Below, piece after piece: positions 42,923 to 54,545 of a DNA stretch of 64,000 nucleotides (its first letter is position 1; every line of letters starts with the position of its first letter). Location: contig CM120642.1 in the NCBI GenBank assembly GCA_051362555.1, forward strand, positions 24,614,001 to 24,678,000, written 5' to 3'. The stretch comes from Lingula anatina (taxonomy: Eukaryota; Animalia; Brachiopoda). The notes below the pieces were generated by a model that searched no databases, had not been told where the DNA came from, and saw only the letters and a program-made list of their open reading frames with translations. A program made the position numbers and the translations under genes.

Positions 42923-45900
42923 TTACTCTGCCGTCAAAGCCATTCCCTGCTGTAACATATCAGACAGTTTTCTCATATGTTTTTCCATTGGCTCGTTAAG
43001 TGGTGAGGTGGTGTCTGAATGCACCACTTGGCAAATTTTCTTGTGTCCCTTCTTCCACGCTTCTTTCTGACACTTTTGAGAACAATACCAAGCTCTTTTG
43101 CATTTACTGCATTTGGGAAAATCCTTCGAATCTTCAGCCTTTGTCCCACAGTTGGTACACATGTTGGCATTCTCGCCTTCAAATTGACATCTGGGGCACT
43201 GACACCAAAAGTTGTACGCCCGAAACAGCCAGGCTCTACGCTCCGCCTTCGGCAACTGCGTATCTATGTATGTGGTGAAGATCTCTGTTCCTTGTTTAGC
43301 GCCCTTCTTCGCGCGTATTACGAGCCCAGGACGTCCGTTTTCGTCGTTCGCGTCCATCACTTCCACGCTATTGTCGCAGGAGTGGTTAAAACAGGCGTGG
43401 ACGGGGAACAAACCTCCAAATATTGCCTCCTTGGGGATTCCCCGATCATTCAAATAAGGCTTGATGTAGTCTTGGGTAGGGTCCTGAGATATACCCTGCA
43501 TAAAGCGAATATACGGGGAATTGCCATCTGAAAATGACTGGCAATTGCAAGCTACCTGGTAGAACCGTCCTTCGAATTCGGTGTCGTCTATGTGGTAGTT
43601 AATGCCGTCGTCGAAGTTGTTGAATATACGGTCCATTAATTGCACCATATTAGACGCCCACTGTGCATGTCCAGTTATTCCGTAAGAAATAAACCGACGG
43701 AAAGGTGCTTTCGCTGCAGCCCACTGCTCGACGGTCGGACCGTCGGTGGCTTCTTTTTTTACCAGGCGACGGACTTCGGCTATTACTGGACCCCAGATTC
43801 GCGCCAACGCCATCGGACTAAAAGCAGCGCTCCAGTAGCCTTTTGTGCAAAGCTCCCTTTTATCGCAGAAGTCGTATAGTTCTCCTGCAGCCTTGTTGAT
43901 GGAAGGGCAGAGAACTTGGTGGTGTTGATACCAAGCGTCGGCCAGACATGCTTCGCTGCAGTAGGTTTCCCGCTTACAACGTTTGCACTGGACAGGATTT
44001 AACTGCAAAAAGAAATATTGTGAATATAAAACTTAGACTCGATTTATCCCCTCCGCCCTGACACATAAAATCTCATCGATCAAAAATACAGAGGATTAAA
44101 AATATTTTGCCAAAGAAACAATCTGTTAACGAATTAACGTTTTAATAAAATGTTCTAAAGCACATTCTTGGAAAATTTATTTCAAGAAAGCAAAATGCAT
44201 CCGCTTCAAGTTACTTCTGAAGTTATGCACGGCCAATATGAATTTATTGCCTTTTATTGTAATTTTGAATCGTTTTAATAGAACTGTTCACAGTTTTATT
44301 ACCTTCGGCCAATATCTTTCTATTAAATCCTCGGCGACTGGGTTTATATCCAGCATAAGATGACCGAAGAAAGCCTCCGCCGTCAGCAAGGAGCGTCCGC
44401 AATGACTGCAGGCGGGAACGTCCAGCGTGTACATAGTTTGCGCGGATGTAAGAGGGGATTCATTCCAAATTAACTGCCCAGGTTCGATGTTCTCTTTGGC
44501 AAGAACTGCTCTGCCGTATTCTGAGAAGGTCACCTAAAGTGAAAAGAAGTTCAAAGAAGCTTAGGAGACGAAAACACGGATTTTTTTATACCATTGAGAA
44601 GACGCAAACGACATCCGGGACATCTCAAATTATTTGGCAAATATTCACCTTCAGACACGTAGGGATAACTTTTAAGTTAAAATACTGTGTTGACTTAATA
44701 TACGATATTTGTACCTACTCGATATTCAATTTGTTAAACAAATTTCCCACTTTTGTCAACTTTTCTAGTCATATCTGTAGGATACGGACAGGTAAATATA
44801 GTAGCAGGGCGTTAGGTCCTCACAGTAGAACGCGAACGGCATTTTAATGAGCGCCGAAATTCAATGAAAAAACTACGCACTACATCCCTGTTGAACAGCA
44901 CACTGAAACGACAACTGAAACTGCAAACACCAGAAAGGTTGCTACGTTTGAACTACATGGGATCAGTGAGCGAAACTAGAGTGGATGAGAGGATAAATGA
45001 AGAAATAGATGTACGAGTTGAAGATGGGATCATTTAATAGATAATTGGATGAATGAATTAATGAAAAAAATATAAAAGGATGAATAAGTGAACGAATAAA
45101 ACGGTGAATATGTGAATGATAGACTGAATGGAGGACGGAAGAAATGAAAGGCTGGATGGGTGGAAGGATGAATGACAAATGTCTGGAATTTATTTTTAAC
45201 TTTCACTTACCTCTATGGGGTGATTTACAGTGAGTGGATCGTAAAGGCGCTTCACCCGCACCTGTTGGAAAAGCATAGAAGCCTCTCTGTCTTGCCCCTC
45301 ACTTGCCTGGGTGGCTTTCCGGAGCCAGAACTCGGCCATCACTGGCAGGCCTAATTCTCGCAGTATTTTACCTTGAAGGTTAAGGAAAATGGTATTAACT
45401 AATGTGCACAAGTGGTTTGGTGGTCCACAGAATGTTTTTTAACATCGGCTTCATTCTCAATGTATCACTGGTGGCACGAGGAGGTCAGAGATCGTTTCGT
45501 TTACTAGTATTTTTCAGATGTTTCTCTGGCTATTCATTAGTTGTGCACATAGCTGTTGTGTCTGACGAAAACTTCTTCATGACCCAGTTGGCCTCTGTTA
45601 GATTTATTGGAGAACGAATTTTGGTTCACTCTAACAATGGTAGAGTGGGCCAAAATTTATTCTCTATGCGATGGCCAGCCAGGTGCAACGCTGGCAAAAG
45701 TACTTACGCCTTGCAAAAGTATACAGTATTTTACTGACCTCCCCATTTCCATACCTGTGGCGTGTTGTGCTTTTGTTTGGCCATCAGGCAGTCTCTGTAG
45801 GCAAGGCTGTGTTGTCCCAGCGCCAGGTGGCACTCTGATCTCAACTGCCAGCAATCCGCGCCCAACTGGAGAGCAGCTTGAAGAGAAAACGATAGATGGT

Positions 45901-48209
45901 TTACATCATGGAACGGTTTTTCATTAATCTATTGTATTAACATAAAGCGTGTTTTGTAATTAAATAGCATCATGTGACATGACTGAATATTATTTAACAC
46001 AATAAGATGTGAAAAAATCGAAAGTTGAGGCTGGCACACTAGGAGCTGATTTGATTTCGTTCGACATAAAAGAAATTAAAAAGATGTATTTTGAATGTTT
46101 TAAAAGCTGACATTGAGTATTGATGGTAAAATGTCGAAAATACTATTTTAAGTCACGGCGTTTAAATGGAATGTTTTAAATCAATAATAGGATCATTATC
46201 CCCATAAATTTTGGACGGATATAGAGGGGAGAAAGATATATCCTGTTCATTAAAAATCAACAAATCCAGGTGAAAGCAATTACGAAAGAGATGATCTAAA
46301 TGTGAGTTATATAGGCCGGCCTGTATATCTCACGTACTTACATCATCACTATCTAAATTGCTTTCACCTAGATTTGCTGATTTTTAAAGAACAGCGATCA
46401 TCAGTCCGAGCGTCATTGTTCTGGACAAATGCGACTTGAATTTTAATGTAAGCAAATCCTTCGAACTAGACAATTACTATAACTATACGTAATTTTCTTC
46501 GAAAAATAGCAATTTACTTTGTCTCAATTCACTGCTCACCCCGTCCCTGCATTTGGATTCCATGTTTTGTACCATGTCTAATCAAATAACTAAGATATAA
46601 ACGAATCATGGTTAATTTAGACCACCACGTCTTCCTGACATTTCTGCAGGAAATATCGACATCAGGTGCTTTTTATTCAATTGAGTTTATCATTATTTTA
46701 GGTTTGGATTCTGGATTATAGATGCTACGCATGATATTTTGATTGATAAAATACGACTCTGGGACATTTTCAAACGCGTGTAGTGCAATGAGCCCGTCAT
46801 TCTGATCAATTTGTGATAATGTTACTGGGTGCATGATCAGCAGGATTCGGTGTGAAGTTCAGTCATTGAACTACTTTCCAATCATGAGAAGCTGAAAATA
46901 CTCTGAGAGAAGACTGCTTGAACTACCCACTCCGGGCACTCGGCCGTCACATAAGAGAAGACGAGACTGAACTGAACTGTTGGAAATGATGCCCTCGCTA
47001 TATGGCAACTAAGGGCACGTTCCTAATTGAATAGTTTTATAATAAGATTAATCTGATTGCATTCAGCGAGATTGATCTACATAAAACGATCGTTTCATTG
47101 GAAATGGACCCTAAGCGGTAGAATTCAGGGCACGGAACGCATGAGCACCGATGCCTGTTCTAGACCAAAGATTTTTGACCAGAAAATTTAGTCTACCTTG
47201 ATCTTATAAATTTTATCGAATTAAAAATTGCGCCTTTTCGGCAACAAGAAAGTAATCTCTTTTTTAGTTCAAACATTGATGTTACTCTAATTTAGTAGAC
47301 TGTTGTTATATTGAGAATCGCAGAAGACCAAATTTTGTTTTAGAAGCTAAGACCAACTATAAGGGTATTTTTTTAAAACTTCCCAGAGGGTACATCATAT
47401 GGGTAACTATCATTCTGCAGTCATATGGAGTACCTTTAGTACGCTCAGACGAAGACGACTCACATTATTCAAAAAAACACTTAGCCAAATTTCTAGAAGA
47501 CAAAAAAATCTTTGCAAGTCTTGTGACTGATTAGATTTATTGTGACTTTGATGTAGACTGTGAAAGTACTAAACATAGAAATCGGAATTTATAATAACGA
47601 AAGACGGCAAGGAATTTGATTCGGACTCGGCGCAAAAGTTCACGGGATGCAGTGTTTTGAATTACTGAAATTTAAAGGTGCAGTAAGCATCGGGCATTCA
47701 GAGAAGGTATCAAATTGCGACCCAAGTCCATTTTAATGTTCACTTGGATTCTGCGTTAGTTATCTGTCTGCTGTATTCTCTAGTAAATGGAATTTAGAGA
47801 TTTGGTGAACACTTCCAGTCGCTATACAGTAAAGCTTTGTCAATCATATAGCAAAGCACCTGTATAGGGGCTTACTCCCATCTCTCTGGTCATTTTTTTT
47901 TGCTTTAAATTGACCAAAAAACATTCAAATACCAATAACTTTGGACTTACTTGTGCAACACTCCAAAGCTTGTTGAGCATTTCCCTTTTCCAGTAACTTC
48001 ATGGCAAGGACCAGTTTAGCTCCAGCCATGGTCAAATCTATAGTTTTAGCCCTCTGGACACAAGGAGCAATATTCCAGCCATTTCGTGAAAGGGTCTGTT
48101 TTTCTTGATCCAATAGCTCTTTATCCCCAGGATATGGGTTTTGATTACACAAACTTAGAGCATCGTAGCTTTGCTCCTCCAACTCAGCAGTCTCGGATCC
48201 ATCCGCCAT
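42923..48209 (-). CDS. SET and MYND domain protein (SMYD-like lysine methyltransferase) with N-terminal TPR-like helices and a second C-terminal MYND finger, about 622 aa; exons 48209-47951, 45876-45739, 45371-45211, 44533-44303, 44002-42923
   Basis: SET N-part YGRAVLAKENIEPGQLIWNESP; split MYND CSHC...CKRCKRETYCSEAC...HHQVLC; SET motifs FNHSC and EIFTTY; post-SET FWCQCPRC; extra MYND CTNC...CSKCKRAWYCSQKCQKEAWKKGHKKIC. The exons sum to 1869 nt with consistent phases. Confidence 0.88.
44975..45172. repeat. Degenerate (GAAT/GGAT)n microsatellite in a SMYD intron
   Basis: Repeated gaat/ggat/aaat tetramers. Confidence 0.75.
46243..46394. mobile_element. Palindromic MITE-like element of about 150 bp in SMYD intron 1
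   Basis: ctgttcattaaaaatcaacaaatccaggtgaaagcaatt...tataggccggcctgtata...aattgctttcacctagatttgctgatttttaaagaacag forms an imperfect palindrome with no loop. Confidence 0.7.
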
Positions 48210-49945
48210 TTTTCAGCCCCTGTCTTAAGCTGTCGCGACCCTCTCTTTTTAATGCAATTGTTTGATATAAACAAATGCAGAAAAATACAGGTATAACAAA
48301 ATAATTAAGTTAGGCGCTCCTATACAAAAATTAACTAAACTGAGAGAAGCCAGATTTCCCACCGCTGAGTACAAGCAAGGGTCTGTCCATGTAAGCTGCC
48401 AGTGCACAAATGGAAGCCGTAGGTGTAACTGGTCGGTCGAGATAGACTGGGCCAACAACGTACAGAGCGGATGCCGGCAGGTAGGATTAATGGACAGCGC
48501 GCGGATTGGATTTCTTGGGTTTTCTAATAAGGTCAACGTTCGCGAAACCACGGGGAAGGAAGCGTGTGGTGGCATATTCTCAAAGGTTGATTATTGTTAC
48601 AGTGAAGACGAGGTAAAGCAGGTGCTGTACTTAAAGACTTTTCACTTGGCCTTTCCACTTTCCGCCGCAGGTTGTTAATTCTTCTTTCTTCAATTTGTAG
48701 ACAGACAAAACAAATTTATTGTTTTTTCTTTGGAGCCGAATTCCTGTTAGGCGCTCACGTATGATCGCTTTAAAGGATACCGTTCACTAATGGATGACGA
48801 CCAAATAACATGTATCTCTCCCCAGTTGCATTATAGGAGCATATACCAATCCTTAATTTTGTTTTTACAAGTATTTGATTAGCTTTAAAGGCTAGGCAAC
48901 TTAGGATCCGATGTATACCTTGTCTTCTGTGGTGTTTGGTTTGCTGTTGTAATTAACCACAAAAGCCTGAAATAACACATCGATGTGATACTGCACTGCA
49001 ATTGCAAAGGGAAGTCATAAAATGGGGAAGAGATCTACTTTGCCTAACACTATTGCGATTTCGTTCGTGTTTATGTTTCGTCGGTACTTATACGGAATGT
49101 ATATATAGTTTATTTCATGACGAAGCACAGGCGAGACTGCTACGGGGTTGAACGAGGGTCGAACATACAGTGTATTCGTTCTTACAGCCGCTGCGCACCC
49201 TGTGTTAACACACCTTGTGGTATCTGTTCTTCATTATTCAGAACACTTTACTGGTATTTGGCAATCGGGTGGTGCAGACAGACGGAAATATACAGAGTAC
49301 CAACACCAGTGCCAAAAATAAAGATCAAATGACATATTATGTACTCCAGACCTACCGTATTAGAAGAATATATGTGGTCGCAGCTGGCATCAACTTAGCA
49401 AGGGCAATATTCAGTTTATTCTTTATTAAGATTGAGAGACATTAACAGTATATAAAAGGCAAAGTCTGTTCGAAAGAGCGTGATCGATGCATGTTGAATC
49501 TCTTGTAAACATAGAACTCATGTCTTGGAATAAATTCAGGGTAATGAGGAGGTTCTGGAGCTCGCCGTGAGTTTTGAAGTTCTAACATGGATGCTTGTCG
49601 GTATTCATGATACCAACGAAAACTTTAGGCTAATAAGCACATCTCCCCCTGAAATGTGCCCATTTCTTCACTAACACATTTGGAAAGGGCACTGGAAGCA
49701 TTTTGTCCTTCTTGGCAACAGCCATTCAATAATCCATTATTTTGGAAGAAGGAGCGTTTATAATGTTATTTCACATTTTTGAGATAAAGGCTTTTGAAAT
49801 CGCTGGTCACATTCTTGAATAAATATGGAGGAAAGAGAAAAACGAAACCAGAAATAAGCTTCTTCTAATCTAGGAGACTAACATATGGTGAATCCAATTT
49901 TAATCATGTGTAAAATAAGGTGGCCTAGCACCTGTAACACAACTA

Positions 49946-51490
49946 CTACATACTTTTCCAGGTAGGGTAATAGTAGTCCTGCATCTTCAGTCTACGTTGA
50001 TAAATTGATCCTTCAGCGGGCCATTTCTTGGGGTACACAACTTCTCCGCCAGAGAGGTACCCCGCCCACCAACTGAAAGTACCCACTGATATTATCACGT
50101 GATTCGTTCGTGACAATATTGCCAGATCTACGACTGGACTGTGTTTTTCGGAAAAAACAACATTGTTTGATTTGAAATTACGTTTACACCAATCAATGTC
50201 ATCGCTGGCAATAAAGAATAATACGTTTTTGTATTTAGATTGAAAATGTGCCATGGCGCTGTTAAAGTACGCCATGTCCGGCAGCGGTCCTGTGAGTGCT
50301 ACCATGTTCTCAGAAGTCATGTCGCCTCTCCTTACGTGAATTCCTACCGTCGTAATTTTACCACGGGCGCTATTAGAGGAGTGTTTCAGGGATGAATTAA
50401 TGAATGAATCTGCATCACGAATAATATCGTCTTGAAATCGCAATTTACTTTTAACATCACTCTCATAATTTTCAAAGTACCTCCATGCTTGGAGAAAACC
50501 ATCCAGAAAAATATCAGTTTTAAACTGCTTCAAGTTCCCAAATTGCTGTTGGTGAATTGGCAACTGCTTCTCTTTAACTCTTTTAAACGTTTCCATTTCT
50601 GCCTTTTCAATGATCCTGATGTCCTTCTCCAGGTGAAAATAGGACGTTAGATAAGAACGATGCAAACACAGATCCATTGCGTTACTTTTAGCTATTGCGT
50701 AGCCTGATGCAAACTGAAAGAGACAGTTTCCTAGGCGACCCCAAAACATCACAGATACGCACCGCTTAGTGGGATTGTGAGTCAGATTACCTGAAAATAT
50801 ATTATCAGCATTGATACAATAGATGACAGCGAATAAAAATAAATAATCTGTACATTTAAATAATTAATTCCTAGATAAATCACCAGCAGAGTCGTAAGAA
50901 TTGAATAAAGAGTATCGCCCAAACCACACTAAATTTTTCTTAACTGGACCTAACCTGAAACTTTAGAAAATTTATTATTAAAAGATATTAAAATTGAAAA
51001 TCTTGAGTTTAACGGTCCTTAATCTAAAATTGTGTCACAAATTACACCGAACCTAGATCGAGCTTGGAGCGATCCTGGGTTAAATCAAAGAACAAACAAC
51101 CAACTGATGAGGTTCTATGTGTCAGGATTACATACTAGATATGGGGAAAACAACATACTTAATTTACTTACTTTGCGTTAAGCCTTCTTTTCCAACCGAG
51201 GTTGCTCTCGGGTCGCTAATTCCCCGGGCAAGGCGCGATGAATTCCGATGATATTTATAACCATCAGTCCGTGGAAATTCTGCAGTTCGCAGTTGGGAAA
51301 CGGCAGAATCATAAGTCCTCGATCTTGCTATGGTTTTAACGACAACAAGTTTTTCCTCAGAGAGGTCCAAGTTTGTCTGTACTTCCTTTAGCCACTCTGG
51401 AGAATCTTGGAAATTTACGGTATGAAATAAAGCCAAATATGTCACGCCGACTAGGAGAGCCAGGGCAAAATATCTCAGTCGACGGGCCAT
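49946..51490 (-). CDS. Galactoside alpha-1,2-fucosyltransferase (GT11, FUT1/FUT2-like), type II membrane protein of about 387 aa; coding exons 51490-51172 and 50790-49946
   Basis: Short basic N-terminus and transmembrane segment MARRLRYFALALLVGVTYLALF. GT11 motifs GRLGNCLFQFAS, GIHVRRGDM, FFIASDDIDWC and DLAILSRTNHVIISVGTFSWWAGYL. Phase-1 GT-AG intron. A likely upstream non-coding exon ends at 51859 (ag|gtaagc). Confidence 0.92.
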
Positions 51491-52889
51491 CAGGGCTGGC
51501 GGGTTAAACACATTCTTCACAGCCTGGTAAATAAAATGTTATTTGCATAAGTGATTATCAGTTTATTTTCAGCTACTTTAGATACATACTGGTACATGTA
51601 TGTAAAAACAAAACAAGCATTCAGGTCAACTCACGCCTTCTATCCTCTAATTCAATAGTAGCTAACATAAACTGATTTTCTGGCATAACAGAGCTAATTT
51701 CGAACAATAAATATAACATATCCTTATTATAGCCAGGTGTCCATTTGTCACTTGTCGCAAAAGAGCAATTTAATATTGATAAATATTTAGCCCTATACAG
51801 TTTCAAACTGTCACAGCGGGTCTTTCGAATGGTTCAAGTATTATAAACTAGGGCTTACCTGCCTTTTTTCCTAATAATTTATAAACTATTAACTTTTAAC
51901 GGCAATCTACCAGATCTGCGTGCAGAAGGAACACGGGAACATACCATCTGTGTCACACAAGTATTTAATGCACCCATGCTAAATATCCCATTAAAGCCGT
52001 ATGTTGTGACATTTTTGGTCACGTGACTCAGATTACCAGGACATTATCAAGGCGAAGTTTGTCGTTTCTTAAACAGGTTTTCAGGCACGTAAATATATAA
52101 TTATTCTTCGAAAGAGATTGCCATCAATTATTTTGGTTGTGACTAGTCTCAATGCACCCAATCCAGATTTCCTAAACTACGCCTAAGCACTAAAAAAATT
52201 AAAATTTGCACTCTGTCGTTTCAGCTGTGGCCTCTAAACTATATGATCTTAATTTGAAGAAGTCAGTGAAAATGGATAAAGCGGAATAAAGGATACCACA
52301 GCTAAGCTAATCAGTATTGTAGAGGACATGGTACACGAAGCTGAGAGGGAACTGAGAGGAGACGAACCATTTAACAGGTGGTCACGCCCCGTCCCTAAAT
52401 GAATTTGCCAATGTGTCTCTTCTTTTAATTCTTCGCAAATAACATCATTAAAACATTCTTAAGAGCCGTAAAATTAATAAGCTATAAAAATAATTAAAAC
52501 AAAAATATTGAAATAAATTATTGCCTAGATTCCGGTGGACAGAATTCAAATATAGCGCCTTTGGTAATTATAAACTATGCAAAAAAATACATTTACTCAT
52601 TTGATATAAGAGATGTACTTTCACTGAAGGACTGCAGAAGTGTACCTCCGTGATATGCAAGTAACCACAAACTAATCTCTTATACTTTGATAAGGTGATC
52701 TCTGGACTTGCGGTCAATAAATTTATGAAAACATTTGAATGATGAGCAGCGTTAAACAATGTGGTGTTAAGGAAGTCTCTTTTACAGAACAATAATTTCG
52801 CCCACAACACAGCCCATTACTAAGTGCTTGGTCTCCAAATTTGCATACTTCTATCGAGAGAAAAGAAATGGAGGCGGCACTGAGACTTA

Positions 52890-53321
52890 CACCCCATTCT
52901 CATAGATTAGATCGACCTACATTGGATCGACCTAACTCCCTGGGGGTTCACGCTAAATAGCTGTCAGCCGGGCGGACACGAAAGTTAATTACCCCTTAAA
53001 GCTTGTAGTAGGCGGGGACGGACACTTAAGGGGGATTATCTGACAGTAACCTAGTGAGACTCCCCGCGGTGATAGATCGATCTAAAAGTTGTGAGAACAG
53101 AGCCATTGGGTCTATTCCCACAACTTTAGATCGAGATATCACCGCGGGGAGTCTCACCAGACTACCGTCAGATAATCCCCCTTAAGTGTCCGTCCCCGCC
53201 CACTACAAGCCGTAAGGGGCAATTAACTTTCGTGTCCGCCTGGCTGACAGCTATTCAGCGCGAACCCCCAGGGAGTTAGGTCGATCCAAAGTAGGTCGAT
53301 CTAATCTATGGAAATGGGGTG
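52890..53321. mobile_element. 432-bp foldback Harbinger-type MITE with arms of about 210 bp and a TTA target-site duplication
   Basis: caccccattctcatagattagatcgacctac... / ...gtaggtcgatctaatctatggaaatggggtg, with TTA at 52887-52889 and 53322-53324. Confidence 0.85.
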
Positions 53322-53324
53322 TTA

Positions 53325-53576
53325 GACTGCATTCCCGTACACACCATCGCCGTCGGTCTACGTAGATAGATTTAACTCTGCGGGGACTCTTGCTGAGTGC
53401 AATCAGCTTTTAAGTTCAGTTTAAACTGAATGACACGCCTCCTCCTGGCGTTGAGTAGAATACAGAAAAGCTGGTTATTATACGGGCACGTTGGAGGCGT
53501 GCCATTCAGCTAAGCTGATTGCAATCAGAGTTCCCGCAAAACTGATCGATCTACGTAGACCGGTGGGAATGGGGTC
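53325..53576. mobile_element. Harbinger MITE family A copy, abutting the foldback element
   Basis: gactgcattccc...gggaatggggtc. It shares tcggtctacgt, actctgc.gggactct and agtagaatacagaaaagctggt with 5901-6155. Confidence 0.8.
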
Positions 53577-54164
53577 TTGATTATGTTTCATTATCGCGAT
53601 TATAAACGATTCGACAAAATAAACTACTATTTTGACCCTGCCGATCATAATACAAGATCTGTATTATTATGTGGTTGTGATAATGAAATTAAGATTTTAC
53701 TAAAAAAATAATTAGAGTAAGTTCGTATAAATGGATTGCAGACAATTTCAATGGAAATTAAAATAAATGAACAAACACGAGATTGCGAGTTTTGATGGAA
53801 ATAAAGTGATTTCACTGAATTACTTAACTATTAGAGTGAATTAATTGCAGTCACAACAAAAATATTTTTGTATATCATGATATGCCTCATTTCTCGTAAG
53901 AGGTTGATTTTATGCTGGCTTAGATTATATGCTCAGCAGTTTTGGTCTCCGAATAATTTACCGCCTATCATTATTTCTGCACAATATAAAATAAAATCTT
54001 ATTCACTTATAGATGTCAACGGGAAAAAATGGATAGAAAACTGATGATCAAATGTTCAATCTGTTATACAAGCCGCTTTCTATTTTCTTTTTGAGATAGA
54101 ATGTGTCTATTTTCCTTATGAACTATTGTAGACACATATTCAACAGGATTCGTTCAAAGTAGAC

Positions 54165-54545
54165 AGTTCAGGTAGACAGTTGAAGATCAGGGTGAATGAA
54201 CACAGGAAATCAGTGACTGTAGGCAATACCAGATCTGCCATTTCTGAACATGTAATAGACACCGGCCACAATATCGATTGGAATTCAACTAAGATTCTTG
54301 AATCTGAATCATCCGACATCCCGCGAAAAATACGAGAGGCTTTCAACATCAGCCGACACCAGCCACCCATGAATAGGGACGGGGGGTTTGATCTACCTGA
54401 CATTTATAAGAGGGTCCTGGCCGCTATAGCCTATACCACCTAGCGGTCAGTGAGTGTGAACAACTACTCACGTCAGTCTGATGAAGGCCTTCGACCAGGT
54501 TGGCCGTAAGCTAACGGTACGGAAAATTTTAGGCTTGTGTCTGAG
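54165..54545 (+). mobile_element. 5'-truncated Penelope-like retroelement: C-terminus of the GIY-YIG endonuclease and a pLTR remnant
   Basis: The frame GRQLKIRVNEHRKSV...SAISEHVIDTGHNIDWNSTKILE...RKIREAFNI...MNRDGG is typical of the Penelope-like GIY-YIG domain. It is followed by a hammerhead-like motif. Confidence 0.85.
54470..54518 (+). ncRNA. Degenerate minimal hammerhead ribozyme motif of the Penelope pLTR
   Basis: CTGATGA (54478-54484), A, stem II ggcc...ggcc, then GTAA where the core needs GAAA. Confidence 0.5.

Noticed and set aside
43000-43879. Plus-strand ORFs overlapping the last SMYD exon
   Set aside because: They are antisense shadows with no recognisable motifs.
45755-45755. 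Alternative SMYD exon 2 donor cag|gtatgg
   Set aside because: It gives phase 0, which does not fit the phase-1 acceptor at 45371. The donor at 45739 keeps the frame.
48480-49445. Possible divergent plus-strand transcript from the SMYD promoter (donor gag|gtaaag near 48612, short ORFs)
   Set aside because: I could not build a coherent multi-exon ORF or recognise a product; transcript data would be needed.
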